A stretch of 64,000 nucleotides of DNA from Rubripirellula sp. (lineage in GTDB: Bacteria > Planctomycetota > Planctomycetia > Pirellulales > Pirellulaceae): the NCBI GenBank assembly GCA_965216875.1, contig OZ244207.1:1632001-1696000 (forward strand), in the 5' to 3' direction. Shown here piece by piece: positions 57,600-64,000 of this stretch. The notes below the pieces were generated by a model, which saw nothing but the letters and a program-made list of their open reading frames with translations, was not told the DNA's origin and did not search any database. The position numbers were made by a program, and so were the translations under genes. Position 1 is the stretch's first letter. Every line of letters starts with the position of its first letter.

Positions 57600-58130
57600 C
57601 TACGGATCCAAATCTTCACTATCAGAAAACTGAACGTCTTCAAATTCCTCTGGGTGTAGCCCAGGAATACCCTCCGAAATCACTCCACCAAGTGCGCCAA
57701 GCACAGGAACATCGCCAACGCTCGGAGTCACTGCGGTGGGGATGGGTGGCCAGCTTGACGGTGATGAAGTGTTCGCGAGCTCGGTATTGAATGCGGCGAC
57801 CGCCGAATCGAATTCAGAATCGCCCGACCTGACATCCTCATAGTCATCGAGCCAAACTTTCAGGTCTCGCGAAATCACTGCAGGCAGCTGGTGTTCATTC
57901 GCCATTACGGCAGAGGCGTAGGCAAATGCGACGTGGTCAGAGAGTTGGGCGTCGGCATAGGCAAGCTGGCGCAGTCGCCGAAGTGTTGCTAGCACAGCCA
58001 AGAGTGTGTTTGTCGTCAGGCCACCCCGAGCAAGCAACTTGTTCGCCGCTTTAATGACAGCATCAACTAGCGGCATGAGTTGGGGGGGCACCACGAGTGT
58101 TTCCTCAGACGAAAAGCTGGAGTATATCAT
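57600..58130 (-). CDS. Hypothetical protein (helical N-domain, acidic/Pro-rich tail)
   Basis: Overlaps the upstream gene by 26 nt and lies 39 nt from the downstream gene, consistent with an operon. Confidence 0.7.
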   Translation of the reverse strand: MIYSSFSSEETLVVPPQLMPLVDAVIKAANKLLARGGLTTNTLLAVLATLRRLRQLAYADAQLSDHVAFAYASAVMANEHQLPAVISRDLKVWLDDYEDVRSGDSEFDSAVAAFNTELANTSSPSSWPPIPTAVTPSVGDVPVLGALGGVISEGIPGLHPEEFEDVQFSDSEDLDP

Positions 58131-59280
58131 TTCGATCGCGTTTCATGTCCTTTAGACACTCTTCGTAGTTGTCGCTGTCATTGCATTTTTTGATTTGTTT
58201 TCCGTATTGTTGGATTTGACGCAAAAAACCGTCAAACGTAACACCGAGCTCCGTGATCAGCTTACACAGGTTTTTTACCTGAGTCTTGGTCGTCTTCTTA
58301 GGATTATCCGGTGTCGTCGCGACAAGCGTGGTCAGTTGTTTCACCGCATCCATGAACTTTTCCACAAGGATAGGCCCGGGCGGGATAGGCTCGGACCCAT
58401 CTGTAATGAGGCGCTCGATGATTTCCCATTTGCGCAGATTGGCGTCTTCAACGTCAAGATCGCCCAGCAACGCGGTGATTCGTGTGTCCCATTGGTTGAG
58501 CGCGTTTTTCAGGACAATGAAGGGTACGTCTGAATCCATCTGGGACTTGAGATACTGCGTGGCTGTGGTGTGGACGGAATTCAAGACACTTGCTAATTCA
58601 ACCATCAACGCCATGTCATTGATGACCGCCTGTTTGACCTCCAGTTTTTCCTTCATCACTTGAGCGACTTGGTCAAGTCCCAGGGTGTGGTTGGGGGCCA
58701 CCGTCTCAAAATTGCCCAAAAAGCCTTCTGAGACGCGGCGGATGGGAACAACGTCAACCCGTTGACCGTTTAGTTCACAAACCATCCCAACGACCGAATC
58801 GTTGCTGGCGTCGATGACGGGCGTGCCAACGACAAGGTCGCCATCGACAGCATCGAGCCTGAGAGAGAAAATCCCAGAACCGAATTGCGAGTCGATACCC
58901 ATCTCTGGCCGTTCTAGGACCCTGTTATGAAGCTTGCCATCACGCAGTACGTAGCAGTACAGATCGCCTTCTTCTGGAACGTTTGCAGTCTTGAGCTCGC
59001 TGATCGCTTGCGTTTCGCCATTGTCACCGATTCGGCGTAGCAAGCAGTAGTCGAGGCTGTTGTCGCGTGCTGCTACCCAGTCGACCAGCTCAAAACTTCC
59101 TAGGTCGCCGTTGTTGCCCCGCACCTGGAATTCGCCATAGGGAGGTTTGTCGGCGAGTTCACGTAGATGTCCAGCAACCGAGATCAGATGCGTGTCGTTG
59201 ACAAAAAAGCCGAGCGCCTGGACCGGATTGGCGTGGACGCTCTTTTCCTCGACAACGACCGGTGTGCCACAATTTCCCAT
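58105..59280 (-). CDS. Degenerate trypsin-like peptidase domain plus C-terminal helical domain
   Basis: GFFVNDTHLISVAGH, LDYCLLR and VVGTPVID...VVGMV mirror the trypsin-2 motifs, but the GxSG Ser is absent. Confidence 0.7.
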   Translation of the reverse strand: MGNCGTPVVVEEKSVHANPVQALGFFVNDTHLISVAGHLRELADKPPYGEFQVRGNNGDLGSFELVDWVAARDNSLDYCLLRRIGDNGETQAISELKTANVPEEGDLYCYVLRDGKLHNRVLERPEMGIDSQFGSGIFSLRLDAVDGDLVVGTPVIDASNDSVVGMVCELNGQRVDVVPIRRVSEGFLGNFETVAPNHTLGLDQVAQVMKEKLEVKQAVINDMALMVELASVLNSVHTTATQYLKSQMDSDVPFIVLKNALNQWDTRITALLGDLDVEDANLRKWEIIERLITDGSEPIPPGPILVEKFMDAVKQLTTLVATTPDNPKKTTKTQVKNLCKLITELGVTFDGFLRQIQQYGKQIKKCNDSDNYEECLKDMKRDRNDILQLFV

Positions 59281-59402
59281 TCGTCAGATGCCCGCAAATT
59301 TCAAGCGACTACTTCATGTTGTCACCCCGCATTGCACACAAAATCGCCGCGTCATTTGGGGGCTGCCAACAAGTTTACGCAATCACAAAAACGCCGCAAG
59401 CA

Positions 59403-60266
59403 TCATTGGCGATGACGAGAGGGAAGTAGGGCAACTTGGGCCTGAATCGCGCGGAGCTCCTCTTTATACATTCGTACACTCTCCAGGTCCGTCCGGATCG
59501 CTACGGCCAACTTCGCATAGGGCTCAAAGATGATTGGATCTCGGATTTGGCCCGCTTCCTCAGGTCCCAGTCGACGATGCACGTAATGTGCAATCGTGCG
59601 ATGCTTCTCGCTGGGCCGAAAATGCCGGCCTATTTCGTCCATTGGCGACCGATACGTATTGATGCATAACACCGTGATCGCCTGTGAAAGTTGGGGCCAG
59701 TTATCGAGTTCGATGCAATCTGCGGGGATCGGTGCGTTTCTTATGACATCTGCAAGTGCCCTTCGCTCCTCAAGTAGCCGCCAAGCTTTACTATCTTCGA
59801 AAGTAGCAGCGACTTGCTGGGGGCCGGCAACCTGTTCCAACAATCTGCTGATCATTTCATCTTCCTCGGCATCGCTCCCAAATAACTCGGTCGTCAATGA
59901 CTCAAAGTTTGCAATCGCCGCTTCAATGCGGCGATGATTCCAAACTAAGAAGTCAAGGCTTCGCTTGATAGAGTCAGCTGTGCGTTGTTTGCGCAGGAGG
60001 CCCTCGACCAGCCAGATGGCGGCGGCAAGTTGCAACAACGCGACGGCAGCACTTGGCGCGTAGGCCAGTAATGCATCGGTGGCCGTCATGCACGAATGGA
60101 TCACATCTGCAACGATCAATCCGAGGGCCACAAGCAGTAGCAGTGCGACCGTCCACAGCAGCCAAGGCTCGCGCACCCCATTGGACCAAGAAAGCCGCTT
60201 CGGTCGAGATTCTGGCTTGCCTGATTCTGTTTGAGTTGACACTGAACACCCGGTCTCTTTGGTCAT
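59403..60266 (-). CDS. Hypothetical membrane protein (2 N-terminal TM)
   Basis: Two hydrophobic segments followed by a helical soluble region. Confidence 0.7.
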   Translation of the reverse strand: MTKETGCSVSTQTESGKPESRPKRLSWSNGVREPWLLWTVALLLLVALGLIVADVIHSCMTATDALLAYAPSAAVALLQLAAAIWLVEGLLRKQRTADSIKRSLDFLVWNHRRIEAAIANFESLTTELFGSDAEEDEMISRLLEQVAGPQQVAATFEDSKAWRLLEERRALADVIRNAPIPADCIELDNWPQLSQAITVLCINTYRSPMDEIGRHFRPSEKHRTIAHYVHRRLGPEEAGQIRDPIIFEPYAKLAVAIRTDLESVRMYKEELRAIQAQVALLPSRHRQ

Positions 60267-60344
60267 TTGCGACCTTTGGAGCCAAAACTGAGCGCGCGAG
60301 AGGAGAAAATCGCTACTCTTTACGTTTTGGCAGTTGGCGGAGCC

Positions 60345-61070
60345 ATGATACCGGAATCAGGGTGCCACTACTCCCGGAGCTTGATGATTATGGATTCCCA
60401 ATCAACACGACGACGCCAGTTTGTCGCGGCCGAGAACCGCGTGCAAGCGATTCGCAAGTTCAAACAGAAGTATCCCGTCCTGAATGATCTCTACGATCCG
60501 GGCCCCAACCAAGACGGCAAAGCAGGCTGGGTCAACGCCATCAAGGATCAACACGAATCGGCCTATCGGTTGATCTTCTATCTTGACCGACTTCCGCTCG
60601 GCAAAGAGCATCAAGATCAGGAAGCCTACGAGATCATCTTTGGCCAAGTTGGCGAAACAGACCAGCCGAACTACCCTCGCGTTCTATTTACGACCACCGG
60701 CGCGGTGAACCTGGTTCCCGATTCCATCCCGGACACGCCTTTCCCGGTTGCTGTAAAAACGGACTCGCTCGAAATCGTTCCGGTGGCGTTTGACCGAGAT
60801 TACTTGACCGCACAGCTGATCAAGAGCGGCTACGCCTATGTGTGCCTCTACGATGGTGAAGCGGACGCATTGAGGATCCTTGATTTGGCGGACTACACCG
60901 AAGTGATGGTGGTCGACCATCGCCGCGAAGTTCAAGTGAGAACCGAAGAAGAGATGGTGGTGGGAGATGCAACCTTCATTCGGCCATTCTTCCTCAAGTA
61001 CCGGGTCAAAGAGATCGCGTCCGCCGATGATCCCAAACAGGCGGCGATCGAGTTTCTAAGCAAAATGTAG
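60345..61070 (+). CDS. Hypothetical protein
   Basis: Long open frame with protein-like composition. Start uncertain (60345 or 60390). Confidence 0.7.
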   Translation: MIPESGCHYSRSLMIMDSQSTRRRQFVAAENRVQAIRKFKQKYPVLNDLYDPGPNQDGKAGWVNAIKDQHESAYRLIFYLDRLPLGKEHQDQEAYEIIFGQVGETDQPNYPRVLFTTTGAVNLVPDSIPDTPFPVAVKTDSLEIVPVAFDRDYLTAQLIKSGYAYVCLYDGEADALRILDLADYTEVMVVDHRREVQVRTEEEMVVGDATFIRPFFLKYRVKEIASADDPKQAAIEFLSKM

Positions 61071-61118
61071 ATCGCTCGAGCAGCGTTTTGCGATGCTCAA
61101 CCGCGAGCGGTCTTTGGT

Positions 61119-62291
61119 TCAATCGGGGCTCGCTTCCTCGAGTTTCTGACGCAACATTGGCAGTTCCGAGGAATGGAATCGATCAATTGGCAGGCTGATC
61201 GTCCGGCCGCGCGGAGTTTGCAACACAAAGGTCTTTCTTGACTTGTTGATCCGCACCAGTCGTGCCTGCATCGACTTACCCGTCTTGAGACGCCAACTCG
61301 TTTTGTTTTGAAACGCAATGGCTTGATCGAGGCTATTGAGTGTTTGTGATCCCGGGGTCGTTTCGTTGCTGTTGGCGGCTGCGGAGGAATCGGCTGTTTC
61401 GCGATTCGACATTTCATCGTCGGAACTTGACCGGTAGTCGCTGTAGTAGTCGTCCGATCGGTCGTAGTTTTCCAAGAACCGCAGCGACTTCGGATCGTAG
61501 GGAGGCCGTGCGAGCGAATCGTAGTTGATGATTAATTCAGGTTGTTTGCCCGATAGCTCAAAGGCGAGTGCGAGCCCGGTATCGCCGTAGCGTTTGAAAT
61601 TGCGACCGTCGTAAGAAAGCCCCGTCAGTTTTCCTTTTTCGAGACTGAGTCCCCATCCGGTCCAAATGCCGGCGCCGAAGAGGCTAAGCTTCGAATCCTG
61701 GACGCCGATGCCAGTGAGCTTGACGGACAACCCTCCCGCTTTCGAGTCATACATGTAAAGCGCGAGGTTTCGTGACGGGAGTGATCCGGTAAACGAGGCG
61801 ATGTCATTGGCATGCCCAAACAGATCATTTTCTGCGTAGTAGACGAACGTCGAACCGGTCAGGTCATACTGGCTATCGAAACGAAACGTTTGCTTTGCGT
61901 TCGACCCAACCAGTTCAAAGTCGACTTCGACATCCACTTTGCCAAGCGACGCTTTGCACTGAACAAGATTGGGTGAGAGTTTGACCGGCTTTCCGAAGCC
62001 GTCTCGGTCACTGCGTGAGAGAACGTAGGTTGTTCCGCGTGAAATCAAGACGGGGTCGACCGACCAAGTCGTTTCCTCGAAACGGTGCTCATGATCGTGG
62101 TAGCGAAACAAGCCGCCGTAGGGAACGAGCCCATTCTCGCGAATGCCACCGTTGATCACGATGGTGGTGGTCGCGTTCTTCAGGCGGATACTTCCGGGCA
62201 GGTCGGTTCCTTGCCGCATCTTTGCTTGGCCAAAGGCGACCGACGTCAAACAACACACCATGATTGCTAACAAGCAGACTCGCGACATCAC
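61119..62291 (-). CDS. Secreted protein with C-terminal SHD1-like domain
   Basis: GGAGG RBS, signal peptide, C-terminal WRLKTGKSMQARLV...VLQTPRGRTISLPIDRFHSSE. Confidence 0.78.
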   Translation of the reverse strand: MMSRVCLLAIMVCCLTSVAFGQAKMRQGTDLPGSIRLKNATTTIVINGGIRENGLVPYGGLFRYHDHEHRFEETTWSVDPVLISRGTTYVLSRSDRDGFGKPVKLSPNLVQCKASLGKVDVEVDFELVGSNAKQTFRFDSQYDLTGSTFVYYAENDLFGHANDIASFTGSLPSRNLALYMYDSKAGGLSVKLTGIGVQDSKLSLFGAGIWTGWGLSLEKGKLTGLSYDGRNFKRYGDTGLALAFELSGKQPELIINYDSLARPPYDPKSLRFLENYDRSDDYYSDYRSSSDDEMSNRETADSSAAANSNETTPGSQTLNSLDQAIAFQNKTSWRLKTGKSMQARLVRINKSRKTFVLQTPRGRTISLPIDRFHSSELPMLRQKLEEASPD

Positions 62292-62497
62292 CGCGTCCTC
62301 CCTCCGTCAAATTGACTGAAACGCTAGACGCCATGTTAGCAACAACCTTCGGGGCGAGCGGGACGCAAAATTGCTAAACAACTCCGCTCACTTCCTTTTT
62401 GCCTTCGCTCCTACCCGAAGAAAACATCCGCCGAACACCACGAGTTTCAACAAGTCGCGGGATTAGGCGACAGATCGGCTCCAAGTCCCAGGTCTGC

Positions 62498-62695
62498 TCA
62501 ATCGACCGGCTCAGTCAGTCTTGCCTCCAGTTTGTTGTACTGCCCTTTGGACAGGAAAACTCTGTAGAGACCGTTGGTGAGGTGGACCTCAACCTTGGAC
62601 TTCTCTTCGATGCCCCAGCTCACGATTTGCCGTGAGTAGGGATCGATATCGATAAAGTAGTAGAGCTTGTCGGGGTTTGAGCGAGCCTTGGCCAT
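62498..62695 (-). CDS. Small hypothetical protein
   Basis: ATG 6 nt after the RND stop; 65-aa coherent ORF. Confidence 0.7.
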   Translation of the reverse strand: MAKARSNPDKLYYFIDIDPYSRQIVSWGIEEKSKVEVHLTNGLYRVFLSKGQYNKLEARLTEPVD

Positions 62696-62701
62696 GATCG
62701 C

Positions 62702-64000
62702 CTACGCCTCTGCGGGTTCGCCTTGGGGTTCTGGTTTGGCCGACTCGGCTAGGTTGATGCCGAGCAGTTCCACCATCACGCCAATCAAAGCCGGAAGGAC
62801 AAAGAGCGTCATCACCGTTCCAAGAGAAAGGCCGACGACAATCACCGTCGCCAAACCTTTGAACAATGGGCCTTGCCCGATCATCAGCGGCAACAGTCCA
62901 CCGACGGTCGTCAGGGTTGTCATCAAAATCGGCATCAACCGCATGTTGCCCGCTTCGGCCAAAGCGGAATAGAACGTTTCGCGATTCAGGCCGCTGTAGG
63001 ATTTTTCACCCTCTTTGGGCAGACCTTCACCCGAGGCGATCTTTTCGGAGATCAACCTTTGGGAGAAGTCGACCATCAAAATTGCTGCGCTGAGTGTGAT
63101 GCCAAAGAGAGCGAGGAAACCGAGCGTCTCCATGAATCCAAGTGGCAAGTCCATCATCCAAAGCCCGACCAAGCCACCCATCGCTGCGAGCGGAATCGTC
63201 AACAGGATCATCAACGGCTTGACGAATGAGTTGTATTGGATGATCAGGCAGAGAAAGATCAGTACACCGGTGATGGCGAGCGATGCACCATTTTGCCGCT
63301 CGCCTTTCCCCGACTCTTCGTCGACTCCGCCGAGTTCGAGACGATAGCCGGGCGGTAGCTCAGCTTTGATCTTTGCCATCTCGGCTTGAACGATTGGATG
63401 TCCCAGCACTTCGCTGGCTTCCAGTCCGCTCTCGGGTTGTGCGAGCACACGAATCGTGCGTTCACGTTGATACCTGGTGATTTTGACCGGCTTCTGTTTC
63501 CACTCTAATCGTGTCACGGCATCCAGCGGTACTTTGCCCGTGTAGCCTTGAACGTACGCATTCTGGATTTCGTCGAGCGTGCCACGTTGGTTAGGCGGTA
63601 AACGCAATTGAATCGGAACTTGATGGTCACCTTCGCGATAGGTCGTCAGGTGTTGCCCGGTGTAGTAGGCGTTGAGTGTGTTGGCGACCGTCTCGTTGGT
63701 CACACCGGCCATGTTCGCTTGGACGCCAAGTACGTCAACGTCCAATTGATTGCCGAGCTCTCCCCAACTGTCATGCACATCCCAAGCAACGCCACTGTCA
63801 AGCAACGCTTCCTTGAGTCGCTCCGAGAAATGACGCAGCACGCGCTCACTAGCCAATCGTGGCCCCAAGACGCGAATGTCGACCGGAGACATCACGGGCG
63901 TTCCCATCACAAGACGCTTGGGGACCACGCGCGCGCCAGCAACGGGAGGGACGTAGTCCTCGGAATCTGGATCGCCCACGCCCTTCATCGCGGCGACGCG
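62702..64000 (-). CDS. AcrB/AcrD/AcrF-family RND permease (5' part outside the window)
   Basis: ITRYQRER, QYNSFVKPLMILLTIPLA, RLMPILMTTLTTVGGLLPL. Confidence 0.93.
   Translation of the reverse strand, partial: RVAAMKGVGDPDSEDYVPPVAGARVVPKRLVMGTPVMSPVDIRVLGPRLASERVLRHFSERLKEALLDSGVAWDVHDSWGELGNQLDVDVLGVQANMAGVTNETVANTLNAYYTGQHLTTYREGDHQVPIQLRLPPNQRGTLDEIQNAYVQGYTGKVPLDAVTRLEWKQKPVKITRYQRERTIRVLAQPESGLEASEVLGHPIVQAEMAKIKAELPPGYRLELGGVDEESGKGERQNGASLAITGVLIFLCLIIQYNSFVKPLMILLTIPLAAMGGLVGLWMMDLPLGFMETLGFLALFGITLSAAILMVDFSQRLISEKIASGEGLPKEGEKSYSGLNRETFYSALAEAGNMRLMPILMTTLTTVGGLLPLMIGQGPLFKGLATVIVVGLSLGTVMTLFVLPALIGVMVELLGINLAESAKPEPQGEPAEA

Overview
A GC-rich bacterial window, almost certainly from a Planctomycete (Pirellulaceae-like). 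The evidence is two proteins with the planctomycete 'LxxExLExRxLLA' N-terminal motif, sulfatases, and BBP7 barrel, ASPIC/UnbV, PEP-CTERM and SHD1 proteins. Housekeeping genes are truB, ftsK, tsaB, rsmG, cysD and cysNC, interspersed with secreted and surface proteins. Intergenic spaces carry at least seven distinct REP-like palindrome families, including three tandem composite arrays, and several REPs supply or abut stop codons. Highlights: (1) a probable selenoprotein missed by the ORF track, of the ArsC/Spx type, with an in-frame UGA in a U-T-S-C motif and a SECIS-like hairpin (53271..53621); (2) a translationally coupled ligase plus HD-Pnk end-healing/sealing pair next to a P-loop/pentapeptide-repeat gene; (3) an apparently foreign island (about 53700..61070) encoding a degenerate trypsin-like protein, a small partner and a 1074-aa HExxH protein, a candidate undescribed conflict or proteolytic signalling system; (4) an unannotated 45-aa membrane microprotein upstream of a DUF2752 gene. 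I saw no rRNA, tRNA, CRISPR array or transposase. All calls come from reading motifs by eye; no database searches were run.
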